From Atribacterota bacterium (GTDB taxonomy: Bacteria > Atribacterota > Phoenicimicrobiia > Phoenicimicrobiales > Stramentimicrobiaceae): a stretch of DNA of 64,000 nt. The position numbers and the translations under genes are program-made. Of this stretch, positions 9,291 to 19,636 are shown in pieces (within the stretch, counting starts at the first letter, position 1; every line of letters starts with the position of its first letter). Location: the NCBI GenBank assembly GCA_040767965.1, contig JAXGNR010000006.1, positions 1-64,000 of the forward strand, in the 5' to 3' direction. Under the pieces are notes generated by a model, which was given only the letters and a program-made list of their open reading frames with translations, was not told the DNA's origin and made no database searches.

Positions 9291-10418
9291 TTAACCTTCA
9301 ATAGTATCGATTACATTATGTCTACCGTCCTGGATTTCAATTAATAATAACATATTAATTGTTTCTCCATTAGGTTGAACATAATATGTTAAACCGGTTG
9401 CACCTTCGTAGCCTTGTACCTGATGGAGAGCATCTCTTACTGCTTCTCTATCGGTAGTACCAGCTATTTTGATAGCTTCTGCTAACATATAAACTGCATC
9501 ATAGGCTAAAGGATCAAAGAAGTCATATGGTTTTGCACCATATTCAGCAACATGAGCTTCAATGAATTTCTGTACTTTTTCGTTGGGGTTGTCTTCTGTA
9601 TAGGTAACAACAGCAAAAACACCATTAGCTGCATCTCCAGCTACATCCATAAATGGCTGGGTTGCACCAACACTACTACTAAAAATTTCTACTTCTGGAA
9701 TTAATTGTCTAGCTTGTCTAACCATCATACCCATATCAGGCAGTCCTGAGAAAACTACCATAGCCTCAGCTCCAGACTGACGGATATTTAAAAGCTGACT
9801 GGAAAAATCTGTATCTTTACTATTGTGTGCCTCAATTGCAACTGGTACTACTCCATAGTTTGCAAGGGATGCCACCATATTGTCTTTTCCACCAACTCCA
9901 TATTGCTCGCTCATATGGAAAATTGCAATTTTATCATGGCCTTTTTCGTTAACTATGAAATTCGCAAGAACCCTTGCAGTAAGGTTATCGTTTTCTCTTG
10001 CTCTAAAAACCCATGGATTTCCAATCTCGGTAACCTGGGCAGCACTTCCCATAGCCATTTCTATAACACCGTGCTGAGCTATCAATCCTTCAACTGCCAA
10101 AACAACTGTACTACCATGGCATCCGATTAAAGCATCAATTTGGCTGTCAAAAATAAGCTTTTGGGTTGCCATACGACCTGTTGCAGCACTGCCTTCTGTG
10201 TCCTGCCAGTCAATAGTAAAAGTAACTCCATTAACCCCGCCGGCTGCATTAATTTCTTTGATTGCTAATCCAGCTCCACTGGTCATTGATTGACCATAGC
10301 CAGTTTGCAAGCTTGCCAGTCCACCTAATTTAAAAACCTCTGCAGAAACCATGCTGGCAGTTAATATAAAAATTACTAGTGATATCAACATTATTTTTGT
10401 TAATTTTTTAAATAGCAT
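9291..10418 (-). CDS. livK: Branched-chain amino acid-type ABC transporter substrate-binding protein
   Basis: Signal peptide; EINAAGGVNG, NPWVFR, DTDFSSQL, AYDAVYML. Confidence 0.9.
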   Translation of the reverse strand: MLFKKLTKIMLISLVIFILTASMVSAEVFKLGGLASLQTGYGQSMTSGAGLAIKEINAAGGVNGVTFTIDWQDTEGSAATGRMATQKLIFDSQIDALIGCHGSTVVLAVEGLIAQHGVIEMAMGSAAQVTEIGNPWVFRARENDNLTARVLANFIVNEKGHDKIAIFHMSEQYGVGGKDNMVASLANYGVVPVAIEAHNSKDTDFSSQLLNIRQSGAEAMVVFSGLPDMGMMVRQARQLIPEVEIFSSSVGATQPFMDVAGDAANGVFAVVTYTEDNPNEKVQKFIEAHVAEYGAKPYDFFDPLAYDAVYMLAEAIKIAGTTDREAVRDALHQVQGYEGATGLTYYVQPNGETINMLLLIEIQDGRHNVIDTIEG

Positions 10419-10800
10419 AAAAATACCTCCTATTTTTAAATGTCTTTGGAAAAATTACTTTTTAGTGTAAGTAAAAAAAGTTAAGCAGCACATCACCTCC
10501 ATTCCTGGATCAGAATAAGGCAAAAGTTACTTTTTTATTAATAAAAAGCTATTTGATGCCTTTACTAAGCCATTTTTATAATATATTTACAGTTAGATTA
10601 TAGTATATAAATTATAATTTAATAATAATTTTCATTCAAATGTATTCAATTTTAAATTAAATAAATAAAATTTTTTGGGATTTTTTCTAAAGTTGGAATT
10701 GGAAATTATTGAAATTGAAATTTTTATTATATTTTTTAAATTTAAGATATAATATCAACTGATTTTGTTAGAAAGAAAATATGTTAGGTACTAAAATAAG

Positions 10801-10818
10801 TAAAGTTTGCAAACTTTA
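10801..10818. promoter_or_regulatory. Perfect 18-bp palindrome in divergent livK/AKR intergenic region (candidate operator)
   Basis: TAAAGTTTGCAAACTTTA is its own reverse complement. Confidence 0.5.
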
Positions 10819-11172
10819 GAATTGGAAATGCTTTTTTTAGAAAACAATATTCTAAATAATTATTACGGCAAGAAGAGTATGCTAGTTTGCACTTTGATAC
10901 GCTGTAACAATTACAGTTTTCAAAGATCAAACACATGTAGTTTTATTTGTTATTGGATATAAAAACTATATCATATTTGTAAATCTAGAGCAAGCAAAAA
11001 GGTTTTTACAGATAATTTGTAGTAAATAGCATATTCAGATGTCTATCCGGTTTTGTTGTTGAAAGATATAAATGATGTTATACTTTTTTAATATATATCT
11101 AAATATCTTTAGCTATATTTAACTGCTTCTAGAATAAACAATTAAAGATTTTCTATAAAAGGAGTTCTTCTT

Positions 11173-12345
11173 ATGAAAACAAACATTAAAAGAAGGAAAT
11201 TGGGCAAAACAGGATTGATGGTATCAGAACTTAGCCTTGGCGCAATGAATTTACGATTATTAAAAAGCTTTGCTGAAGCCGAAGAAATGGTGAGTTTTGT
11301 TCTTGATCAGGGGATAAACCTTATTGATACCGCAAGAGCATACAAGGGAGAAATCGCACCAGGAATAACCCTGGAAAGCGAAGATATAGTAGGAAAGGTA
11401 ATTTCACAAAAAAATAATCTAGACGAGCCTATAGTCGTTATTACCAAAGGACATGCTTATACTATTCCTGAAATGGAAGAAGATCTAACTACAAGTCTAA
11501 AAACTTTACAAGTCACCGGAAAAGGCAATCTAAAAATTGGGGAAAACGATATCAAATTAATATACCTGATACATGGCCTCAGTGATGAAAGATGGACAAC
11601 AATCAAAGAATCTGGTGTGCTTGATGAATTGCAAAAATTAAAAAAAGAAGGGGTTATTAATTACATTGGATTTTCCAGCCATTATCCATTTGTTAAAGAA
11701 GTAAAAGAAGCAGTTGATCTGGGAATTTTTGATGTCGTAGAGCTGCCTTACAATATCTTTAACCGTACTTTTGGAGAAAACGGTGAATTGAATCTCTTTA
11801 AATATATCTATGGAAAAAATATTGGCATAATCAATATGAAAGCCTTTAATGGTAATGGAATGATTCCTCTTTTCCCTATAATAAAAGAATATGTTTCGAT
11901 TGATTATCAGGCCATGTTGCGGTTTTGTCTTTCAAATCCATACATTTCTACAGTAGATGCTGGTACAAAATATCCAAAAGAATTTTCTTCAGATATGCAG
12001 GTAGCAACCGGCAGCAGGTATACTGAACAGGAATTAATAGAAATGAGAAAAGAGGCTGACAAAGTAGCTCCACACCTGCAAAACATTTGTCGAAAATGTA
12101 TGCATTGTCAGGAAAAATTTACCTGCCCTAATGAAATTGATTTTCCAGAAATACTTTCCTTATATAACCATTATACTTTTCTTACCAGGGAAAACAAAGA
12201 TACAACTATGGTTATAAATAAATATAATCTACTTAGTAAAAATGGAGATGATTGTATAGAGTGCGGTGAATGCCTGCCGTGGTGTGAATACAAGTTAAAC
12301 ATCCCTGGTCTATTAAAAAAAGCACATGAAGTTTTAGGCAAATAA
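11173..12345 (+). CDS. Aldo/keto reductase with C-terminal Fe-S domain
   Basis: RRKLGKTGLMVSELSLG, IDTARAY, IGFSSH; CRKCMHC...CP and CIECGECLPWC. Confidence 0.9.
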   Translation: MKTNIKRRKLGKTGLMVSELSLGAMNLRLLKSFAEAEEMVSFVLDQGINLIDTARAYKGEIAPGITLESEDIVGKVISQKNNLDEPIVVITKGHAYTIPEMEEDLTTSLKTLQVTGKGNLKIGENDIKLIYLIHGLSDERWTTIKESGVLDELQKLKKEGVINYIGFSSHYPFVKEVKEAVDLGIFDVVELPYNIFNRTFGENGELNLFKYIYGKNIGIINMKAFNGNGMIPLFPIIKEYVSIDYQAMLRFCLSNPYISTVDAGTKYPKEFSSDMQVATGSRYTEQELIEMRKEADKVAPHLQNICRKCMHCQEKFTCPNEIDFPEILSLYNHYTFLTRENKDTTMVINKYNLLSKNGDDCIECGECLPWCEYKLNIPGLLKKAHEVLGK

Positions 12346-12390
12346 TAAATTCTACTTAATTTTAATTTAATATTATTACAAAAATCATAA

Positions 12391-12431
12391 GCCTTAGATT
12401 ATAGTTATATAAAATAATTACAATCTAAGGC
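12391..12431. terminator. Hairpin between convergent genes
   Basis: GCCTTAGATT / AATCTAAGGC inverted repeat. Confidence 0.6.
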
Positions 12432-12442
12432 CTAATCTTAAA

Positions 12443-13603
12443 TTAGCTTTCTCTATTATAAATTAATTTACCATCCTTAAAAGTCATTATAGGGATTAGT
12501 TTCAGCTTCCCTTCTAATTTAACATTATCAGGATCGTAAAATTCATAATTTCCTTCTTTTAATTCAAAAATTGCAATATCAGCTTTGCTACCTGTTTTTA
12601 AATGGCCAATTTCTTTTTCTTCTCCAATCACTTCAGCAGATGCATAAGTGCTTGAATAAACTACTTTATCAAGAGGCATACCTAAATTTAAAAATTTAGA
12701 CATGGTAGTTGGCAAATCAAAAGCCGCTTTCTTTATCGATAAAGCGTGTAAATCAGTACTGATAGTATCAGGATAAAAATTATTTTTAATCATTTCTGCA
12801 GCAACTTTAAAAGAAAAACTAGCCACACCATGACCAATATCTACTATAACTCCTCTTTTGCGGGCTTCGAGCAATTCTGACAGGACTTCTCCATTTTTAT
12901 TAGTAAATTTATTTGTCCCCCCTTTAAAAGAATGGGTGATAATATCTTTACTACGGAGACAAGTTATTAATTCTTCCACAGTCGGAGGTGCTTCATCAAT
13001 ATGCACCATTACCGGTTTACCTGTAGTTTCAGCTGCCTTTAAAGCAAGTTTTAAAGGAATCAAAGAAAGGTTACCAGAAGTATTCATTCCCAGCCTAACT
13101 TTAATCCCTTTAATTATCAAGGGGTATTTTTCTACTATATTTATCGCTGATTGAACTTTTATCATTTCTAAAGCCTGGTTTTCACCATACATGTTAGGAT
13201 TAGCAAAATCTTCACTGCTAAAATAAGGAATACCGGCATAAGATATATTTAAAAAAGCAAAAATATCGCAAATGCTTGTTTCGATGATATGTTCCTTAAA
13301 ACCAAGAAAATTTCCCGGTCCACTGCTTCCGGCATCCACAAAAGTAGTTACTCCTGTTTTTGGACCAACATCATTTGGATTTATTCCAAGAGAGGTGCCT
13401 CCCCAATAAATATGGGTATGTAGGTCTATCAAACCAGGCATGATTAATTTACCTTTGACGCTTATAGTATCCCGGGCTTCGCTTTCATCTATTACTTCAC
13501 TCATCAAGCAAACCTTACCATCCTTGATTGCTACATCCATTATTCCATCAATTTCTTGAGCTGGGTCAATCACCCTGCCATCTTTTAGCAAATAATCAAA
13601 CAT
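12443..13603 (-). CDS. Amidohydrolase, dihydroorotase-like deacetylase family (Atu3266-like)
   Basis: IDLHTH, DAGSSG, GIKVR, VMVHI, ITHSF, DIGHG..SFSF, ISTDLH. Confidence 0.88.
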   Translation of the reverse strand: MFDYLLKDGRVIDPAQEIDGIMDVAIKDGKVCLMSEVIDESEARDTISVKGKLIMPGLIDLHTHIYWGGTSLGINPNDVGPKTGVTTFVDAGSSGPGNFLGFKEHIIETSICDIFAFLNISYAGIPYFSSEDFANPNMYGENQALEMIKVQSAINIVEKYPLIIKGIKVRLGMNTSGNLSLIPLKLALKAAETTGKPVMVHIDEAPPTVEELITCLRSKDIITHSFKGGTNKFTNKNGEVLSELLEARKRGVIVDIGHGVASFSFKVAAEMIKNNFYPDTISTDLHALSIKKAAFDLPTTMSKFLNLGMPLDKVVYSSTYASAEVIGEEKEIGHLKTGSKADIAIFELKEGNYEFYDPDNVKLEGKLKLIPIMTFKDGKLIYNRES

Positions 13604-13659
13604 CAAATCCTCCTTGCTGTTAAATTAATTTCTGCTTTTTAAAATTAGAACCTAACCTA

Positions 13660-15135
13660 TTATATATCTAATCTATCTAAAGGGAAAACCGGCCTTCTGA
13701 TATTTTTTAATTTTATTACTTTCGTATTTACCGGTGCAACTCCAGGGGCATCTACTTCAATTATTTTCCGCGCAAGCTTTTCATAGGCAGCCCGGTAATG
13801 CATTGCCGATTTTAAAACTATAATTTGTTTTTCCAGAGGTTCAATCCCAACCCGTCTAAAGATTTCTGGATCTAGTGGTTGAAATCTGCGTTCATTAACA
13901 ATCACTTCAATTCCATTAATCCCTAAAACAACAGTCCTGCCAACATCATTCATTAAACCATGACCCATAGGTCCTTTATTAATAAACTTTCCATCAGCTA
14001 TAGTCTTGACGATAGCTTTAGTGGTAATTGGTTTTCCTAAATTATAAACTGACTTTCCTCCAATATTAAAATCAGCAGTATTTCTTATCCCAATTTTTAT
14101 AGCTTTTTCTACTGTTTCAGGATCGAAAATGGTAGCAAAACCCACATTTTGTGCTTTTTTTTCAATTAGCTTTTTTAATATTTCCGTTCCATCTCCAGGG
14201 CTTCCTCCTCCCGGATTATCAGAAACATCAGCCAGGATAACCGGTTTAACATCTGATTCAATCCCCATCTTAATTGCTTCTTCAATAGAATATATTTCCT
14301 TATAAAAGTCCTGATGTTTTGCCATTATAGCATCTCCGATTTTATTGGCAATTTTAGCAGCTAATGGCAAATCATTATTAGTCTGGGCCAAAACTGACAT
14401 TCCTGCTTCATAAATATCTGCATAATTAAATCCAGCTAAAATACTTACACTTATCACTCGGGGATCTTTTTCCCATTTGTGAGCCATATCCAGAAACTCT
14501 TTATGGGGAAGTCTTGCGGTATTTAAACAGGAGCTAAGCAAAGGAAGTTTATTCATTACCAATACCGGTTTAATTTCTTTTCGGATCATTTTAATTATAT
14601 TAACCGCAGCCTCATATCCTCTTTCGTATAAATCAGTATGGGGGTTATTATCATAAGGGAATAATCCATTGGCATTTTTAATCATTTTTTCAGTTAAGTT
14701 AGCATGCATATCAAGAGAAGCCATTATAGGGAGATTATCTCCTACAAGGTTGCGAATTTCTTCTAACAACTCTCCCTCTCCATCTGGTGCATCTTCCAGC
14801 ACCATAGCTCCGTGAAGAGACAGCAATATAGCATCTATATTTTTTTCTTCTCTTATTTTGTTAAGAAGGTTTTTTTTAACCAAATCAAACATTTCCCTGG
14901 TAACAGCACCACCAGGACAGGCATTGGCTGCTAACACTGGTAGAATTTCAGCTTCTTCTTGGCATGCATCAATAAATCCACCTATTTCACTTTTTGTACC
15001 TTTAAAAAATTTTATTAATTCTTCACCAAAAAGAAAATATTTTTCCTGAAATTCTTTTATACCTGTCTTATCATGGCAAAAGGTGTTTGATTCATGTTTA
15101 AATTCGGCAATTAAAACTCTTGGTTTTTTTTTCAT
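13660..15135 (-). CDS. mlrC: M81 family metallopeptidase (MlrC-like)
   Basis: HESNTF, LHGAM, DGEG, DMHAN, PHTD, SDNPGGG, LKSAMHYRA, RRPVFPLD. Confidence 0.92.
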   Translation of the reverse strand: MKKKPRVLIAEFKHESNTFCHDKTGIKEFQEKYFLFGEELIKFFKGTKSEIGGFIDACQEEAEILPVLAANACPGGAVTREMFDLVKKNLLNKIREEKNIDAILLSLHGAMVLEDAPDGEGELLEEIRNLVGDNLPIMASLDMHANLTEKMIKNANGLFPYDNNPHTDLYERGYEAAVNIIKMIRKEIKPVLVMNKLPLLSSCLNTARLPHKEFLDMAHKWEKDPRVISVSILAGFNYADIYEAGMSVLAQTNNDLPLAAKIANKIGDAIMAKHQDFYKEIYSIEEAIKMGIESDVKPVILADVSDNPGGGSPGDGTEILKKLIEKKAQNVGFATIFDPETVEKAIKIGIRNTADFNIGGKSVYNLGKPITTKAIVKTIADGKFINKGPMGHGLMNDVGRTVVLGINGIEVIVNERRFQPLDPEIFRRVGIEPLEKQIIVLKSAMHYRAAYEKLARKIIEVDAPGVAPVNTKVIKLKNIRRPVFPLDRLDI

Positions 15136-15219
15136 AAATACATCCCCCTTATAAATAAGGTCAATTTCTACAGCAAATATTTGTAATTGATAAATGTATT
15201 AAAAAGTTTGCTTTTTCCT

Positions 15220-16215
15220 CTAATCTAAATGACAGGAAACATAATGCCCATCACCAATATTTTTCAACTCTGGCTCTTTTTCTTTACAAATATCTTTGGC
15301 TTTAGGACAACGAGGGTGAAACCTGCAGCCCGAAGGAACATTCAGTAAACTGGGAACATCCCCTTTTAGGAGATGTCTTTCTTTCTTATAGGTGGGATCA
15401 GGAACAGGAATAATTGATAATAATGATTGCGTATAAGGATGCATAGGGTTATCATAAATATCCTCTTTGTTATTTAGTTCTACAATTTTACCTAAATACA
15501 TTATCCCTATGCGATCACTGATATATTTCACCACACTCAAATCATGGCTTATAAATAAATAAGTTAAATTATATTTAGATTGTAGATTATTCAATAAGTT
15601 AAGAACCTGGGCTTGAATTGATACATCCAGAGCTGAAACCGGCTCGTCAGCTATAATCAGACTGGGATTAACAGCTAAAGACCTGGCAATGCCAATTCTC
15701 TGTCTTTGCCCACCACTAAATTCATAAGGATAACGAAACATCTGCTCAGCAGTTATGCCAACATCTTCTAATAATTGCTTGATCTTGTCTGTTCTTTCTT
15801 TCTTATTTTTTACTAAATTAAATATATCAAGAGGTTCACCTACAATATCTGCAACTCGCATCTTGGGATCTAATGAGGAATATGGATCCTGGAATATCAT
15901 TTGAATATCTTTCCGCATTTCCCTCATTTTATTCTGATTTAAAGTCACCAGATTAATATCATTAAATAGAACCTCTCCAGAAGTGGGTTCCTGTAACCTC
16001 AAAATACATTCAGCGGTGGTTGTCTTGCCACACCCTGATTCTCCAACCAAACCCAGTACTTCTCCTTTATTTATAAAAAAACTTACATCATCTACTGCTT
16101 TTAAATGACCCACAACTCTTTTTAATAAACCACTTTCCACCGGAAAATATTTTTTTAAATTTTTTACAATTAATATTTTTTTTCTTACTTCTGACAAGTC
16201 TGCCTCCATTACCAT
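15220..16215 (-). CDS. dppF: Di/oligopeptide ABC transporter ATPase
   Basis: LKAVDDVSF, GESGCGKTT, FQDPYSSL, FSGGQRQRI, GCRFHPRC. Confidence 0.93.
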   Translation of the reverse strand: MVMEADLSEVRKKILIVKNLKKYFPVESGLLKRVVGHLKAVDDVSFFINKGEVLGLVGESGCGKTTTAECILRLQEPTSGEVLFNDINLVTLNQNKMREMRKDIQMIFQDPYSSLDPKMRVADIVGEPLDIFNLVKNKKERTDKIKQLLEDVGITAEQMFRYPYEFSGGQRQRIGIARSLAVNPSLIIADEPVSALDVSIQAQVLNLLNNLQSKYNLTYLFISHDLSVVKYISDRIGIMYLGKIVELNNKEDIYDNPMHPYTQSLLSIIPVPDPTYKKERHLLKGDVPSLLNVPSGCRFHPRCPKAKDICKEKEPELKNIGDGHYVSCHLD

Positions 16216-16294
16216 TTTTTCAACTGGCTTCTATTATCTATTAATAGATATTTACTTGCAGCAAACACTTTTTGTTAATATTTTTATCCCTTTA

Positions 16295-17311
16295 CTACAT
16301 TTGAGTGGAGCTTGTTTTCAGTATCTTTTTTGTTTGATCAAAGTGCCAACACCTTACAAAATGTCCTTTTTCTACTTCTTCTAATTCAGGCTCTTCTTCT
16401 TGACATTTATTATCAGAAAGCGGACATCTGTTATTGTATTTGCAGCCTTGGGGGAGATGAATTGCACTCGGAACTAGACCAGGAATAGAATACAGCTCAA
16501 CATTTTCTTTTTGAGTTAATTTTGGGATTGATTCTAATAAACCTAAAGTATAAGGGTGTTTTGTTTTTTTAAAAAGAGATACAACATCGGTATACTCAAC
16601 TACTTTCCCTGCATACATAACCAAAACCTTATCAGACATTTCTGCAATTACTCCCAAGTCATGAGTTATAAAAATAATACTCATATTAAAATCTTTTTTT
16701 AGTTTATTTAATAAATCTAAAATCTGCGCCTGGATAGACACATCTAAAGCAGTTGTTGGTTCATCAGCTATCAACAATTGAGGATTACAGGATAAAGCCA
16801 TTGCTATCATGATCCTCTGACGCAAACCTCCACTCAACTGATGAGGAAACATATTTATAAATTTTTCCGGAGAAGATATTCCTACATTTTTTAAGGAATT
16901 AAGAATTAATGCTTTTAAATCCTTTTTATTCATTTTTTTATGAGACAGTATTGCTTCAGCAATTTGATAACCAACCGGATAAACCGGATTTAAAGAGGTC
17001 ATTGGTTCCTGAAAAATCATGGTAATCCCATTTCCTCGAATATTTCTCATGTTTTCATCACTTATCTTTAGAATGTCCTGGCCTCCAAAAAAAACCTGAC
17101 CATCAACAATTTCTCCAGGAGGGGTATCGATCAATCTCATAATCCCTAGAGAAGTAACACTTTTGCCACAACCGGATTCTCCCACTACTCCTAAGGTTTC
17201 TCCGGCTTTAACATCAAAACTAACTCCATCAACAGCTTTTGCAATACCTTCTTCGGTGTTGAAATAAACTTTTAAATTATTAACTTCTATTACTTTTTCT
17301 TTCAAATTCAT
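16295..17311 (-). CDS. dppD: Di/oligopeptide ABC transporter ATPase
   Basis: GESGCGKSVT, FQEPMTSLNP, PHQLSGGLRQR, DEPTTALDV. Confidence 0.93.
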   Translation of the reverse strand: MNLKEKVIEVNNLKVYFNTEEGIAKAVDGVSFDVKAGETLGVVGESGCGKSVTSLGIMRLIDTPPGEIVDGQVFFGGQDILKISDENMRNIRGNGITMIFQEPMTSLNPVYPVGYQIAEAILSHKKMNKKDLKALILNSLKNVGISSPEKFINMFPHQLSGGLRQRIMIAMALSCNPQLLIADEPTTALDVSIQAQILDLLNKLKKDFNMSIIFITHDLGVIAEMSDKVLVMYAGKVVEYTDVVSLFKKTKHPYTLGLLESIPKLTQKENVELYSIPGLVPSAIHLPQGCKYNNRCPLSDNKCQEEEPELEEVEKGHFVRCWHFDQTKKILKTSSTQM

Positions 17312-17370
17312 TAATTCAACCCCTTATTTCAGCAAAAGATTGCAATGTCTTGCTTAATCATTATCAATAA

Positions 17371-18744
17371 TTATAAAAATACAAATTCTTTTTTATCTTT
17401 TTTTAGAGCTTCTTCCAGTTTAAGTATTTTTTTCTCTTTAACATATTCTCTTAAAATATGAGGAAAAGCGCCAAAGTTTCTGGGGTGGGGATTTCCTCCA
17501 GACAAAGGCCCTTCAGTAGAAAGAGAGCTTCCATCAGAACCAGTCATAGTCCATGGATATTTTATAATATTTTCCACATCTTCAGGACTCATTGAATAAC
17601 AAACCCAATTAGCATTATAATAATTACTAATCATCATCATAGCGACTTCAGCAGGGTCTTTTCCCGATTCATCACTTATATCCTGTAATGATCTTCCCTC
17701 AAAAGAATGATCAACAGGATACTCTGCAATAATCTGATTTTCAGCCCCTCCCCTTAGTTTTATATTGTATGCAACTTCATCTTTTAATTGTTCTATTACT
17801 GTTGGGATTTTTAACTCTTTTTGGACTTCCTCAATATTTTTACCTTTCAAGAAAGACAAAGGCAAAACATCAGCAGGAAGACCTCCTCCGCTGGCAACAT
17901 AAGGGTATTGATCACAAGTTACATCAATTCCATTACTTCTTGCTTCTTCCATAATACTTAATACTTCTTCTGAGGAGCCCCACACATCAGGTCCAAATGC
18001 CTTGAGGTGAGAAATCTGAATAGACGCACCAGACTTTTTACCGATATCAATGATTTCTTTTACTGATGGAACAAAACCAACTGTATGGATTCCTTCATCT
18101 CGAATATGACTAGTGAAAGTTGATCCGTATTTAGCAACTATTTTCCCTAATTCAACCAATTCATCTTCTCTGGCAAATGAACCGGGTGCGAAATATAAAC
18201 CTGTAGACATACCAAATGCACCAGCAGATAACCCATCCTCTAAAATCTTTTTCATTGCTGATAATTCTTCTTCTGTAGATTCCCGATCCTCAAATCCGAC
18301 AGTATGGGCGCGGATTGTTCCATGTCCGACCAATGGGGCAATATTGACTGTTTTAGGCTGTTGAGATAGAGCATCAATATATTCTTCTATGGTATGCCAG
18401 TATGGGGTAAAATTAAATGCTTTAGGTGGCTTGGCTTTGACTTTTTCATCATAAGGGCCTCCACTTGTTCCACAATTACCGGTAATCTCCGTCGTTACCC
18501 CTTGTCTTACTTTGCTTTGTGCTGTAGGATCAACAAAAAAAACAATATCAGAATGAGTATGTGCATCAATAAACCCGGGACAAATAATATTGTTTTCAAC
18601 ATCTATTTTCTCCAGAGAAGACCCTGTAATACTGCTTCCTACTTTTTCTATTCTTCCATCCTTTATAGCAATTTCCCCTTTGTACCAGGGGTTGCCTTTC
18701 CCATCAACTATTCTTCCGTTTTTTAAAATAACATCATATTCCAT
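17371..18744 (-). CDS. N-acyl-D-amino-acid deacylase (D-aminoacylase), C-terminally truncated
   Basis: PGFIDAHTHSD, QGVTTEITGNCG, GHGTIR, SHIRDE, ISHLK, DQYPY, GSDG, PHPRNFGAF; ends LEEALKK without the usual MT..PA...G..DRG...ADIV.FD tail. Confidence 0.88.
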   Translation of the reverse strand: MEYDVILKNGRIVDGKGNPWYKGEIAIKDGRIEKVGSSITGSSLEKIDVENNIICPGFIDAHTHSDIVFFVDPTAQSKVRQGVTTEITGNCGTSGGPYDEKVKAKPPKAFNFTPYWHTIEEYIDALSQQPKTVNIAPLVGHGTIRAHTVGFEDRESTEEELSAMKKILEDGLSAGAFGMSTGLYFAPGSFAREDELVELGKIVAKYGSTFTSHIRDEGIHTVGFVPSVKEIIDIGKKSGASIQISHLKAFGPDVWGSSEEVLSIMEEARSNGIDVTCDQYPYVASGGGLPADVLPLSFLKGKNIEEVQKELKIPTVIEQLKDEVAYNIKLRGGAENQIIAEYPVDHSFEGRSLQDISDESGKDPAEVAMMMISNYYNANWVCYSMSPEDVENIIKYPWTMTGSDGSSLSTEGPLSGGNPHPRNFGAFPHILREYVKEKKILKLEEALKKDKKEFVFL

Positions 18745-18775
18745 CTAGACCTCCAAAATTATTAATTATAATTTT

Positions 18776-19588
18776 TTATCTTATAATACTTCTAAAACGT
18801 GGATCCAGTTCATCTCGTAAAAAATCACCAACAATATTAAAAGACAAAACAGTAAAAATAATACATAAACCAGGGAAAATGAGCAGCCATGGAGCTCGAG
18901 TGATATACATTTGACTTTCGCTAAGCATATTGCCCCAGCTGGGGATTTGAGGGTCAACTCCTAGTCCTAAAAAGTCTAAAGCAGCAATTTGCAAAAGACA
19001 AAATCCAAAGGTAAAAGTTGTTTGTACCGAGATTGGACTAACTAAATTTGGCAATATATGCCTGAATATTATTCTTGAATCTTTGGCTCCTACAGATCTG
19101 GCAGCTTTTATGAAGACTTCACTTTTTGTCTTTAGGGTAACCCCATATATTATCCTGGCAGTTCTAACCATAAATCCAATTCCGACTGCAAAAACAACAT
19201 TAACAAAACCTCTGCCAAAAATAACTATAAAAACTAAAGCTAATATTAGAGAGGGAAAAGACATCACTACATCAACTAACCTCATAAAAATATTCCCAAT
19301 CCTGGTATAATAGGCAGAAATTATTGCAATAATTGTTCCAAAAATTATTGACAAAATAACTACTCCTAACCCGCTTTTCAAGGTTAAGTTTGCGCCATGA
19401 ATAACTCTGCTGTATATGTCTCTTCCAAACATATCAGTACCAAACCAGTGGCTGCTGCTTGGTCTGGACAATCTGTTTCTGACATCCATTTGCAAGGGAT
19501 CTATTGGCGTAATTAGTTTTGGAAAAAGAGCCACAAATAATAATAAGAATAAAAATATAATACCGAATATCACTATTTTTCTTCGCAA
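18776..19588 (-). CDS. dppC: Di/oligopeptide ABC transporter permease
   Basis: HWFGTDMFGRDIYSR, FIKAARSVGA, RHILPN, PSWGNML; true start probably ATG 19617, one base out of frame across A-runs. Confidence 0.92.
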   Translation of the reverse strand: MRRKIVIFGIIFLFLLLFVALFPKLITPIDPLQMDVRNRLSRPSSSHWFGTDMFGRDIYSRVIHGANLTLKSGLGVVILSIIFGTIIAIISAYYTRIGNIFMRLVDVVMSFPSLILALVFIVIFGRGFVNVVFAVGIGFMVRTARIIYGVTLKTKSEVFIKAARSVGAKDSRIIFRHILPNLVSPISVQTTFTFGFCLLQIAALDFLGLGVDPQIPSWGNMLSESQMYITRAPWLLIFPGLCIIFTVLSFNIVGDFLRDELDPRFRSIIR

Positions 19589-19636
19589 TATTTTTTTAAG
19601 AATAATTTTTTTCTCATATATTCCTGTATACCTCCT

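Noticed and set aside
10557-10572. GG-N10-GC sigma54-like spacing upstream of livK
   Set aside because: Poor match to TGGCAC/TTGC and no activator gene in the window
10918-10931. TTTCAAAGATCAAA repeated exactly at 33967-33980
   Set aside because: A single 14-mer match in AT-rich DNA is plausible by chance; only a half FNR-like site
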